A stretch of DNA of 64,000 bases from Mobula birostris (Eukaryota). The DNA lies in contig NC_092402.1 in the NCBI RefSeq assembly GCF_030028105.1, positions 64,901,110 to 64,965,109 of the forward strand. The letters are read 5' to 3'. The notes beneath the pieces were generated by a model that did not search any database, had not been told where the DNA came from, and worked only from the letters and a program-made list of their open reading frames with translations. Shown one piece after another: positions 52,601 through 64,000 of the stretch; the stretch's first letter is position 1, and each line of letters begins with the position of its first letter. The translations under genes were made by a program, and so were the position numbers.

Positions 52601-55600
52601 TGATTTATAAGAAGGAAATGTTAAATGTGAGCCTTTTTTGGGAAGAGTAATTTTAGAGCATGTGAAAGGGAGAAGAGAGCAACAAAGGACAGTGAACCAT
52701 TGATGATATCAATTCAGGAAAATCATTTGGAAAACATTCATAAGAAATACAATCACAGAAATGAGTACCACTGCTCTGAAAATGTACAACAGAATGATTT
52801 GTAAACAGAACAATGAGGTATCAAGACTTGGAGAAGAACGAAGAATATTTCCAGAATATTCCATTTTTCATTTTGCGGTTTGTGTTTTGGTCAGTAGTTA
52901 AAATTTCAAGCAAGGATTATACGTTCTCTTACCTTGCTGTGAAACTTGTTGGACGCTGAGGGTTTTGACGCCTTCTACCATCCTGTTGATAAAGGAAACA
53001 CTTGTGTAACAACAGCCATTTCTAGGATGTTCAGAAATATATCTTTTTCAAGTTACCAAGGGTTTCCTTCTGAAAGCAGCAATGAGCTGCATGGGTGAAG
53101 TTGACGGGCACATTGACTCTGTCGAGCCTTGCCCGAGACACTGATTCTGTAAGTTCGAGTGCTGCCGGTGAGCAGCAGTAGCCTCGTCAGTGTGCGCAGG
53201 GAGCTATTTGTCAGCCTGCTTATGTTGTACAGTGCTTCATCCACTGCAGCATCAGGGGAGAGTTCACCTAGTGGTGACTGAATCACTGACTAGATGTTCA
53301 TTCGGAGACTGAGTCGGATGTATTTCTGGGGTCAGATGAAAACCAGCCTTTAAACAAAAGTAAGTGCCACTCCCTGGACCAAATGCCCCATTAAAGACAA
53401 AGACTCTAGTAATGAAGAGTGCAATAAAGAGCCCGTACAGATTGTAATCTGCAAGTACGCAGGACTGTGGCATAAACCCAGTGTGATATCTGGAACTTGG
53501 AAAAGACCAAAGCCCTACCTGATTTCCTCTTGCGCCAGTAGTTTACTGTAGGTGTTAATTTCGATATCCAGAGCCAACTTGACATTTATCAGCTCGTCGA
53601 TTTCACGAGTTTGCTTGGCAATCTCCTGTTTTGCTTTCCTGATGGCTTCTTGCAGATCAACGATATTTTGTTTACTGTCTTTGAGAGACATCTCACCACG
53701 TTCCTCGGCTTCAGCGATCGCAGCCTCCAGTTTCAAACGCTGAGACACACAGAGGTGAGTGTGGACATTTTTGCAGATTATAACATGAAGCCTTGCCAAC
53801 ATCCCCACCCTGCTATCGGAAAGAGCCATACTGAGAGTAGAGTATTGCAGATTGGCTTAGGAGTAATCGAGTTCACAAGGGTTACAGTGGAAGGAACCAG
53901 CCAGGTTGTTACTACTGAAAGTTCCCCAGTGTATGATTTAGCTCAGATTGACCTGGTGTTTCAGCTGTCTCTTGATCATTTGCTTTGGGCTGGGAAGAGA
54001 AAAGTGCAGATGCAAGAGACGGCAGATGCTGCAATCTGGAGTAAGAAAATAGCAGAACTACTGCACAAGATCAGCGGGTGATGTAGCATCTGTGAAGGCA
54101 AAAAGAATTATTGACCATTTGGGTCGGGTCGCTGCATTAGGACTCGGGACTTGAGAGGAAAGACAGTTTGCTACCGTCGTTAGGCCGCAACCAAGATCTC
54201 TTGTTTGCTTTCACTTCCTGACTTACCTGCTGCTTTAGATACTCGATGTCCCCAGTCAGCTTACGGATGCGATTCTGCAGATCATTACACTCCGATTTGA
54301 TCACTCGCACTTCTTCCGCATGACCTCCAGGCATTGTGCTGAGTTCCACCATCTGCAAGGAGACACTGGTAGACGTTAGTAAGGGTTTCTCCTCCCAGCA
54401 CAGAGGTCAGAGCTATCAATGCACTTCTACGTGGGGCTGGAGCTGGAGCTCACCTTCGCCTTTTTCCAGTTCTCAGCATCATCACGGCTTTTATCTGCCA
54501 TACTTTGGTATTGGGCCTTGACTTCACTGATGATCTGGTCTATGTTCAGGTTGCGGCTAGTGTCCACCTGCACGCTGACAGCAGTGTTCTGAATCTGTGA
54601 CTCCAGCTCACGGATTTCCTAAAGATGGGCAGAGCAAAACTAATGTAAGGAGATTGAATTGAACAGCAAAAGGACCAGAAGGCTCTTGCACCATGTAGCA
54701 TATTTACCTCTTGGAAGATTGTCTTCAGGAATTCAATTTCATCAGTCAGGCTTTCTAGTTTTGCTTCCAATTCCACCTTGTTCATGTAGGATTCATCAAC
54801 ATCCTGGAGAGAGTAGGGCACAAGGTTTGTAAATCTATTGAAGACCACTGATATGGTCCTACAGAGAGCTAGAAAGTAGTGCTCACCTTCTTCACCATGA
54901 CAAACTCGTTTTCCATTTCAGTTCTCCTGTTAATTTCATCTTCGTATCTGAAATGAACCACTGACGTTACTGGCAAACCCTTGGAAATCAACATTTCTGT
55001 CCCATTTCTTCGACAGGGCCATGCTGGTTGTCGGAACTCCTTGCTCCCTGGTGCTTAGCCAGGGTTTCCTCACACTTCTATTTATCCCCGTGTGTGCACC
55101 GCTCTTCCTGACATTTGATTCCGCAAGACACAGCATCCCGCTACGCCAGACAGGTCGACCGTGCCGCGCCTCGACGGAATGAAACAACATACGCTGCCGT
55201 CCCTGAACTGACGACTATTTCGGTGACTCCCTGAGCTCTGAGTGACACCTCTCTATCCAGACCTCAGTCTTAACGGAGCTCTCCCCGACGAGCACTTGCC
55301 CGACCCAGCTTCCAGACCTCCACTAGCTGCTGTTAGGTTACCAAGAAACCCAGTGGAAAATAGCTGATTGTAACCGGGAATTGTTCGAACGTTTACCCCG
55401 CCCACGATTTGCCCGATTCCGCTCTTTTTTTTCTCTGAACCAGTGAACAGATACGGGACGAGTTACAGATACAGACGAGTTGGGAAATCCTGGTGAGAGA
55501 CAGTACACTTACTTGCCCTTAAAGTCCTCAACTAGACCTTGCATCTGCACAAGGTCCGATTCGAACTTCAGCTTCTCCTGCCCAAGAGTTTCCAGTTGCC

Positions 55601-56231
55601 TCTTGAGGTTGTCAATGTAAGTTTGGAACATGTTATCGATGTTGGAGGTGTACGTCCCCTGCCTCTTCAGGAGCTCCAGTTTGACCTTCAGCTGAGCATT
55701 TTGCTGTTCGAGAAGGCGAACCTGCGGGTAAGGAATGAACACACGCTTAGATTTTTGCATTGAGCTGGCGAGGAAGTGAAAAGAGACATTTGCACAGTGC
55801 TGCCAAGACAGGCGCAGACAGAGCTGGATACGGTACGGTACCTGGTTTATGAAACTTGCGAACTGGTTGTTGAGCGTAGTGAGCTCCCTCGTTTCCTGCA
55901 TACGAACTTGCTGCAGACTGGTGTCATTTTGTGGTAGCGGGGCGCTTAGATCAAGGGCCGGCATCATCGAACTGGAACTGAAATTTGAACTTGAACCGTA
56001 ACCTGAAGCGTAACTTGAACCGCTTGAACCAAGCCTGAACGATGAGCCAGAAAGTATACGTCTTGCCCCTCCGATACTTGGTCCAATTCCGGCTCCAGAC
56101 ACACTCATCGCCTTTCTGCTACTAATTCTTCGCGACGACCCCATGGCGCCGCCAAGACTAGACCGCATCGATGGGCTGCCTGAAAACTGCGTGGTCTGTC
56201 TAAAGGACCTTTTGGTGTAAGAGCCGCTCAT
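49673..56231 (-). CDS. Type II keratin (keratin 8-like, divergent), copy 4 (retains native upstream flank)
   Basis: Exons 55842-56231, 55513-55721, 54887-54947, 54708-54803, 54454-54618, 54227-54352, 53519-53739, 52933-52982, 49673-49827. It differs from copies 1-3 by S->N in exon 6 (LQSR->LQNR), L->F in the tail (GYLK->GYFK) and a synonymous GGC->GGT in exon 7. Confidence 0.95.
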
Positions 56232-57634
56232 GGTGAAATTAGAGTTTTGTTCTCTGGTTCCGAGTTTGCTGGAGCGATCAGTCCCGATCTGAACTGCTGG
56301 CGCAGGTGAGAGCGGCTTTGAGCTGCTTTTATGAGCAGTGCGGATCTGGGCTTGGTCGGGGTGTCAGCTGACAGAAATGGGCATGGTAACATCGAGATAG
56401 AGGAGGAACTCGGCACACCCTCTCCCATGGGTTCCAACCTGTCCGCTTGTGCATGGTTACCGCTCTCGGGGCCTCGGGCCAAACTGGCGTCAGCAAGAAT
56501 GAGTGAGTCCGGGAAACAAGAAGAGCTCCCTCCTGGAGCTCAAGCTACGCCGATCAAGTGCATTAAAAGACTGTGGACTGCTGTGCCCACTTGACCGGTG
56601 TTTGATATCTGTCGTACAGAGAAGTGGGCTGAGCAGCAGACGAGCGAGCCTTTGTGGATTGAAATTTCTTTTGGGCAGTGTTACAAATTAAGCAATCTCC
56701 TTTGTCCATGAGCAAATCTGCAGCCTCTTTCCGGTATTCAGTTCAAGTACAACAGAGCTGATGATGCTGCTGAGGTGGAAGAATATGGAGCTCGTCCTTC
56801 AATGTCCCTTGAAATTGCTTGCCTGTTTCTGTTTGTCTATGTGTAACATATAATCATTTAAAACTCGAACTCTTGTAAATGTGGAACATTAAAATCATCT
56901 CCTTTACATTACTTAGAAAATCACGGTGCAGAGAGAAAAATAAACTATCGGGGCTGGCTTGTGAAAAACAGAAAAGAATATCGCAGCAGGAGCCATGATT
57001 TGGGAAGAATACATTAAAATTTGAGCTTAGGGGAGTAAAAGAGAACGAAGTTAAACCAGAACACTTGTTTATTCCGTTGTATGGGCATTTTGACACTTGT
57101 TGCATATTTCACTGTAATTGGGCAACATTTAAGCGTATTCGTACATTGATCCAATTGGAAGTGGAACGTCTGCTTTAGTTGCATGATTCTGTGCCAATCC
57201 AATTAAATAGTTTAATTGATTTTTGACCATAAGTGTCATCACCACCACCAAGATTCTTTGGAAGAAAACCCAACCCAGGCTGTTTGAAGTTCATATGAAG
57301 ATTTAATTCTCATTTTTTTTAAATTAAAAGAGTGAAAATATATCTTAAAAAGGCAAAACAAAAATACCCTGTAAAAGCTGCATTGTTGATCTTGGACATC
57401 AGAGAAACCTCTGTTGTCGCTGAATATTTGCAGTAGCCCACTGTTGGAGAAGTAGTAACAATAGTTTGCATTTATATAACACAATTCATAACACATGACA
57501 CTTCACTGGTGTGAAACCATGAATCAGATCCATTTTAAATAGATCAAGTAGGCAGCTATTACAGAGTGCTTTAGAGAGGCTGATGGAGAGATGGTTGAAG
57601 GCTGATACAAGAGTGCAGATGCTTTAATCTGAAC

Positions 57635-57805
57635 CGGAACAAAAAACTGCTAGATTTGCTGAATGGGTCAGGCAGCATCTGTGGAGACAAGAGGACAGTT
57701 GACATTTTGGGTCAAGATCCTTCATCTGGATCGGAATCATCGGCTATCCCTCTGCCTCACAGATCCTGCCTGACACACTGAATTCCCCCAACAGTTTTTT
57801 TGTTT
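57635..57805. mobile_element. Short hairpin-like Penelope-tail-derived element
   Basis: Inverted arms GTCAGGCAGCATCTGTGGAG / CTCACAGATCCTGCCTGAC. Confidence 0.6.
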
Positions 57806-57944
57806 GGCTGCAGGCAGGGGATGCATTGTGGGGTGAAGGAAGTTATGGATGCAAAACAAAAAGGTCACAATTGAGGGGAAAAAAGCAAGAGATCCTGGAG
57901 GGTTGTCAGCTGGAACATGTTATGTAGGTTGAAATCATCATTAT

Positions 57945-59290
57945 AGAGACATCGAGTAGTACAGCATGGAGACAGGTCCTTGAGTGCAACTCAATTTTGG
58001 TGCCAACTAAGTCATGTGTGCCCGCATTTGACCCATATCCCTCTAAATCTCTCTTATCTATGTGCTTATCCAAATATCTTTTAAATGTTATTATTGTACC
58101 TGCCTCAATCACTTACTCTGGCAACTCATTCCATATACCCACCATATACCCACTGATGTCTCCACTGTTGTTGGCAGATTCTCAGATAGTGATAAAGAGA
58201 CATACAGCAGTGAAATAGATCTGTTTGAGTGGTGTCGCATCAACAACCTCACATTCAACATTAGCCAGACCTAGGAATTGATTCTGGACTTCAGGAAGGG
58301 GAAGTTGGGCAAACACACAGCAGTCATTGAAGAGCCAGTGGTGGAAAGGGTGAGCAACTTCAAGTTCCTGGGCATCAGTGTTTTAGAAGAACTACCTGAG
58401 TCCCAACACATTGATGCAGCAGTTCTACTTTATTAGGAATTTGAGAAGATCTGGTATGTCATGAAAGACAAACCAGAAATTTCCCATCAGGTCCCTTTTA
58501 GGAGTTTCATCTCTCAACTTCAACCTATTTCCTCCTGATTTTAGTTCCCTTTCCCTTGGAAAAAGACCATGTGCATTCTCTAAATGATTTTATATACTTT
58601 GTCATCCCCCAGTCTCCTATGTTCCAAGGAACAAAGTCCTAGACTACCCAAACTCTACCCATAGCTCAGGCCCTCAAGTCCTAACAACATCCTTGTAAAT
58701 CTTCTCTACACTCTTTACAGTTTAAAAAAGTATTTCATTTAATGGAGAGACCAAAACTGAATACCGTACACAAAGTCATAAAGGGATTTGAACTCAAGGA
58801 CAAGGCTTTTATATTTGAGATCATGTACTTTCCCTTTGAGCTGGAACGTTCAAGGATATCTTCATAGGAGCTTGAGGAGATAATGGCATGTCACCAGAGA
58901 CTCTTGCAAATTTCTACAGAGATACAGTGGAGAGCATTCTGATTGCTTGTGTAATAGCCTAGTATGGAGGCTCCAATGCCCAGGATTACAAGAGGCAACA
59001 GAAGTTTCTAGACTCATCCAGTTCCATCACAGGCACAAACTTTCCTGCCATCAAGTGGTAGGTTGCTTAGGACTGAGATGAGGTGAAATTTCTTCACTCA
59101 GAGTGTGAAACACCTTTGGAGTTCTGTGGATGCACATCCATTTAGAACAGCGATGGATGGAATTCTGGATTTCAAGGAATGTGTGGATAGTGCTGGAAAA
59201 TGACACTGTGGTAAAGATCAGTCTTTTACCTCAACCGGCTTGAAGGGCCAGATGGCCTACAGATGCTACTATTCTTTATGTTCTTACAAC
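57945..59290. mobile_element. Nested CR1 (minus and plus strand 3' ends) and Rex1-type LINE fragments
   Basis: CR1 3' motifs at ~57950-58145, ~58485-58775 and ~59070-59290. Rex1-like TVVGRFSDSD...WCRINNLTFN at ~58150-58470 and ~58865-59055. Confidence 0.7.
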
Positions 59291-60204
59291 TATTCTGATG
59301 ATTATTGCTTTCCAGATACCAATTTGCCTGTCTACACAGGTTGTTCACTCTACCCTTTTCAGTTTCTCAGTTTTAATGAGGCATGAAACACTTGAATTCC
59401 TGCAACAGGAATACATGAAGAGCAAATGTGAATAGTGGAATGGGTGCACAGTATCCCAAGCTAGCCACCTACTTGCCCTACCTCTGACAGAGTCTCCTGA
59501 TCCCACATAGGGCTCTTCAACCACATCAGAACTCACAGAACTGGACTGAGAGCTCGTCATCCTCCTCAAAGCGGAAAAGAAGATGAAGAAGAAAGTGGAT
59601 GAATTCGACCTGGAAGTTGTAAGATGGGAAACTGAGGACGAGAACATTAAAGTAGTTGTCTAGATGTGACAAATGCATGGATGAGAGTTTCAGCAGCTGA
59701 GGTGATGAGCCAGAGATGGATCTGGATTATGTTACAGAGATGACACTACATGAAAAGCTGTGTTTGAAAAATATAAGTCAAAAGTTGCTTGTAGTCCTTT
59801 GCTTGAGAAACAGGTCACCGCTAAAAGGAAATAAATAAACATTAACATTTTTATAATGCAGCACATTGCAATCTGATGGCTTGGGAACACTCTAGTGCAG
59901 TACAGGTCATTCCAGAATTACTCGCACCCATTTTATGGACACCCTTACATCCAAACAAACTCCCATAAATTTATTAAATTAGAATGGCTGATGTGCACAC
60001 ATACGTTTTCCTTCAGAAAGCAGCAGAACTAGCTTTCCTCTTCGTAGAAATTGTTCTTTCTTATCAGTCTTATGTGCTTTTGATGCCATTTATTAAAATA
60101 CTGTGGAGGTATGGTTACTGTATTGATTTTTGTGTATTTTCCACCTGATGGACAAAATTGACTTTTAGACAATGGAAGCCGATCGCTACCCAGGGTTGGA
60201 CTAT

Positions 60205-60475
60205 ATTGAGGTAGCACTCCAGAGTCACTGTGCTACACTAAACCAGGACTCAGTCTGCCCTCTCGTGGACATAAAGATCACAAAGAACAATTGAATGAAG
60301 AGGAAGGAAATTGTTCAGGACTCCTGGGCCAATATTTCACCATCAGTTAGTGTTATTAAAGCTCATTATCTGGTCATTATCAACTCTTCTGTTTGTAGGA
60401 GCTTGCTGTGTTGGTTATTGTACTGTCTGCACTAACTCAAATTGCTTTATTGGCTTTGGGAGACACTGATGTTGG
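60205..60475 (+). mobile_element. DeuSINE (SacSINE1/AmnSINE1-family) remnant
   Basis: Deu-domain-like blocks GTCTGCCCTCTC-GTGGACATAAAGATC, CCTGGGCCAATATTT, ATTATCTGGTCATTATC and CTGTTTGTAGGAGCTTGCTGTG, matched from memory of the consensus. Confidence 0.72.
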
Positions 60476-60604
60476 GAAATTAAATAGTATTTTCTTCTGT
60501 TAACAGCCATCCAGCCACAATTTGAAAAGTGACATAATTTGTGACTAGAAAGAGGATTACTTTTATCTGGATTGTAAAAGCAATGTTATGACATAAAAGC
60601 CAAA

Positions 60605-61340
60605 ATTGGCTGGTTGAATGATGTTCCAACAACAACCTTGCACTTAACATCAGCAAGGCCAAGGAATTAGTTGTGGACTTCAGGAAGGAGATGTCAGGAG
60701 AACCCACACCAGTCCTCGTCGAGGGATCAGCAGTAGAAAGGGCGAGCAGCTTCAAGTTCCTGGGTGCCAACATCTGATGAGGATGTATCCTGAGCTCAAC
60801 TCATTGATGCGATCATGAAAACACACTGGCAACGATACTTCATTAGGAGTTTGAGATTTGCTATTTCACCAAAGATTCCAGCACATTTCTACAGATGTAC
60901 AGTGGAGAGCATTCTGACTGGTTGCATCACAGCCTGATATGGAGGCTTCAATGTACAGGATCAAAAGAGGCTGCAGAGGATTGTAAACAGAGCTAATTTC
61001 AACATGGTCACAACCCTCCCCACCATCGGGGACGTTTTAAACCGGTGGTGCCTCAAGAAGGCAGCATCCATTGTGAAGGACCCTCACTCTCTGGGGCATG
61101 CCAGCTTCTCATTAAAGATGCCAAGGTACAGGAGCCTGAAGACCCACATTCGACATTTTAGGAACAGCTTCTTCCCCTCCGCCATCAGATTTATGAACAC
61201 TCCATGAACCTATGAACACCACCTCACTATTCCTCTTTTGCGCTGCTTATAGTGATTCTTATGTCTTGCACTGTAGTGCTGTCACAAAACAACAATTTTC
61301 ACAACATACGTCAGTGATAATAAACCTGGTTCTGATTCTG
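60605..61340 (+). mobile_element. Rex1/Babar-type LINE 3' fragment
   Basis: NNLALNISKAKELVVDFRK-like coding remnant, RNSFFPSAIR, and the tail AATAAACCTGGTTCTGATTCTG. Confidence 0.82.
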
Positions 61341-62020
61341 CTGGACCGCCCACAAAAACTTGCTTTTCATTTGAAGTTATATCGTGACCCCTGCGGGCTA
61401 CAAGTTGTTGATGCAACCCCTGGTGTCGCACAATCTCTGTGCTTATAATGGAGCAGTTACATTTATTTTGATGAATTAATATTCTAATATTTTTTGAGAA
61501 TATCTGTTGACTGTGAAGAACTGTTTTGAGATGAAGGAGTCTGGCAGTATTTTTTCCTTTGTGAAAGGTATTACAAAGATTTTGAGAACCTCTTATCATC
61601 CTTGTTGACTTTTATTACTTATTGCAGAATGTAATGTTGCTTTAAAATGTTCAACAATCCCTCCTTGAAGATCTATCCATTTTGCCAGTTTACTCCTGCA
61701 ATTTAATTTGAGACAATATTATGGATTAATTTTTTCTATACCATTTTGTTGCTTCTTTATATGATTTTATAGGTTTTTAGGTTGAGGAATTCATGCAAAA
61801 AGTTGAGAGACAGATTTAATTGCTTCAACCTAGAGGGTTCTATATTGAAGCAAACCCATACGAATAGGTATACAAGCACACTTGTATTCCCAGTCAAATA
61901 CATGCATCTGCGTCAATACACAAATGTGTTCACACACACACACACACACAAACATACATATACACCTTTTCACACATATATTTGCATTTCTAAACATCCA
62001 TGCTGAGATATACAAGTATA

Positions 62021-62556
62021 TGCACTCAGTGCTTGTTAATGCAAATTATCTAATCAGCCAATCACGTGGCAACAACTCAATGCATAAACGCATGCAGACA
62101 TAGTCAAGAGGTTCAGTTGTTACTCAGAAAAAAACATCAGAGTGGAGAAGAAATGTGATCTAAGTGCCTTTGACCATGGAATAATTGTTGGTGCCAGACA
62201 GGGTGGTTTGAGTATCAGAAACTGATGAACTCATTGGGGTATTGATGCATAACATTCTCTAGAGTTTGCAGAGAAAAGTGAAAAAAAAAACAACAAAAAA
62301 CATCCAGTAAGCGGCAGTTCGGTGGCTGAAAATACCTTGTTAATGAGAGAGGTCAGAGGAGAATGGCCATACTGGTTCAAGCTGACAGGAAGGTGACAGT
62401 AACTCAAATAACCACACTTTACAACAGTGGTGTGCAGAAGAGCATCTCTGAATGCTCAACATGCTGAACCTTGAGTTGGATGGGCTACAGCAGCAGAAGA
62501 CGATGAACATACACTTAATGGTCACTTTATTAGGTACAAGATGTACACTGAGTGTA
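62021..62556 (+). mobile_element. Tc1-derived non-autonomous element (same family as 2811-3343)
   Basis: Termini CACTCAGTG...CACTGAGTGTA; the interior is collinear with the intron-8 element. Confidence 0.8.
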
Positions 62557-62619
62557 TATGTAGATACACATAAGTTTACATTCATACATCATGCATATTT
62601 ACACACTCATACCTCCCTT

Positions 62620-64000
62620 TTCTCTGAGGCATTCCCTTGAATTCGATGATTCTATGCCTGTTTGAGAGGGAGAATATAGCTATGGCTGTGAAGATCCTTG
62701 CCACACCCAGTGACCCTGCGATCTCTATCTTGGAGGCCAATATTAGGCTGTCTTTAAGGAGGGTGAACTCTCGCAAAGTGGTAGGCCCCAACAGAGTACC
62801 TGGTAAGGCTCTGAAAACTTGTGTCAACCAACTAGTGGGAGTATTCAAGGACATTTTCAACCTCTCACTGCTACTGTTCCCACCTGCTTCAAAAAGGCAA
62901 CAATTATACCAGTGCCCAAGGAGAATAATGTGAGCTGCCTTAATGACTATCACCCAGTAGCACTCACATCTATCGTGGTGAAATGCTTTGAGAGGTTGGT
63001 TATGACTAGACTGAACTCCTGCCTCAGCAAGGACCTGAACCCATTGCAATTTGCCTATCGCCACAATAGGTCAACGGCAGACACAATCTCAATGGCTCTC
63101 CACACAGCTTTAGACCACTTGAACAACACAAACACCTACGTCAGGATGCTGTTCATTGGCTATAGCTCAGCATTTAATACTATCATTCCCACAAGCCTGA
63201 TTGATAAGTTACAGAACCTGGACCTCTGTACCTCCCTCCATAATTGGATCCTCGACTTCCTAACCAGAAGACCACAACCTATATGGATTGGTGATAATAT
63301 CTCCTCCTCGCTGATGATCAACACTGGCACACCTCAGGGGTGTGTGCTTAGCCCACTGCTCTACTCTCTATATACACATGACTCTGTGGCTAGGCATAGC
63401 TCAAATACCATCTATAAACTTGCTGATGATACAACCATTGTTGGTAGAATCTCAGATGGAGATGAGAGTTCGTACAGGGTGAGATATACCAGCCAGTTGA
63501 GTGGTGTCACAGCAACAACCTGGCACTCAATGTCAGCAAGATGAAAGGGCTGATTGTGGACTTCAGGAAGGGTAAGACGAAGAACACATACCAATCCTCA
63601 TAGAGGGATCAGAAGTGGAGAGAGTGAGCAGCTTCAAGTTCCTGGGTGTCAAGATCTCTGAGGATCTAACCTGGCCCCAACATATCAATGCAGCTATAAA
63701 GAAAGCAAGACAGTGTCTATATTTCATTAGGAGTTTGAAGAGATTTGGTTTGTCAACTAAAACACTTGAAAACTTCTGTAGATGTACTGTGGAGAGCATT
63801 CTGACAGGCTGCATCACTGTCTGCTATGGAGGAGGGAGCAGTGGGCTACTGCACAGGACCAAAAGAAGCTATAGAAAGTTGTAAAATTGGTCAGCTGCAT
63901 CTTGGGTACTCGCCTCCATAGTATCCAAGACATCTTCAAGGAGCGGTGCCTCTGAAGGACGACGTCCATCGTTAAGAACCTCAGCACCCAGGGCATGCCT
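62620..64000 (+). mobile_element. Rex1/Babar-type LINE reverse-transcriptase region, degenerate
   Basis: ORF 62819-63544 contains [38 protein letters not shown] and KLADD, with frameshifts. Confidence 0.9.

Larger units (their letters stand above)
1..56558. repeat. Tandem segmental-duplication array, ~15.4-kb unit, at least 3.6 copies, one keratin gene per unit
   Basis: The ORF track and sequence recur at offsets of +15418/15419, +30862 and +47481/47482. The same junction GATCAAG|AGCGGAGAAAC occurs at 9076/9077, 24494/24495 and 39938/39939. Homology ends at 56558 (GATCAAG|TGCATTAAAAG). Confidence 0.97.

Noticed and set aside
1-56558. Array as a pure assembly artefact
   Set aside because: Units carry private non-homopolymer SNPs, different microsatellite lengths and a unit-specific insertion. 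The exact copy number (especially copies 1-3) still needs read support.
59345-59740. Protein-like charged stretch (LKAEKKMKKKVDEFDLEVVRWETEDENIK) as an exon of another gene
   Set aside because: No recognisable family or convincing splice context. It runs into sequence resembling an antisense L2 LINE remnant (GCATGGATGAGAGTTTCAGCAG).
426-64000. The many other 60-160 aa ORFs in the track
   Set aside because: They are antisense or alternate frames of keratin exons, TE remnants or microsatellite translations (HTHTHT/CVCVCV). They recur only because of the tandem duplication.

Overview
Vertebrate genomic DNA; the repeat content (HE1/V-SINE, CR1, Rex1-type LINEs, Penelope, Tc1 derivatives, a DeuSINE remnant) points to a cartilaginous fish, probably a ray (inference). 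Positions 1-56558 are a head-to-tail tandem array with units of about 15.4 kb. The units are a partial one at 1-9076, then 9077-24494 (15418 bp), 24495-39938 (15444 bp) and 39939-56558 (16620 bp); the array may continue left of the window. Each unit carries an intact 9-exon, minus-strand type II (K8-like) keratin gene encoding 490 aa. All splice sites are GT-AG, and exons 2-7 have the classical sizes 209/61/96/165/126/221 nt. Coil 1B is strongly K8-like, but the normally near-invariant helix-initiation and helix-termination motifs are heavily altered (TYRKLLEGEE becomes [10 protein letters not shown]). The duplication breakpoint lies only 327 bp upstream of the ATG, so only the rightmost copy keeps what is probably the native upstream region (56559-64000, TE-rich single-copy DNA). 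The units differ by clustered SNPs, a (CA)n length change and one Penelope insertion, which argues for a real, recent expansion. All inter-copy comparisons were made by eye.
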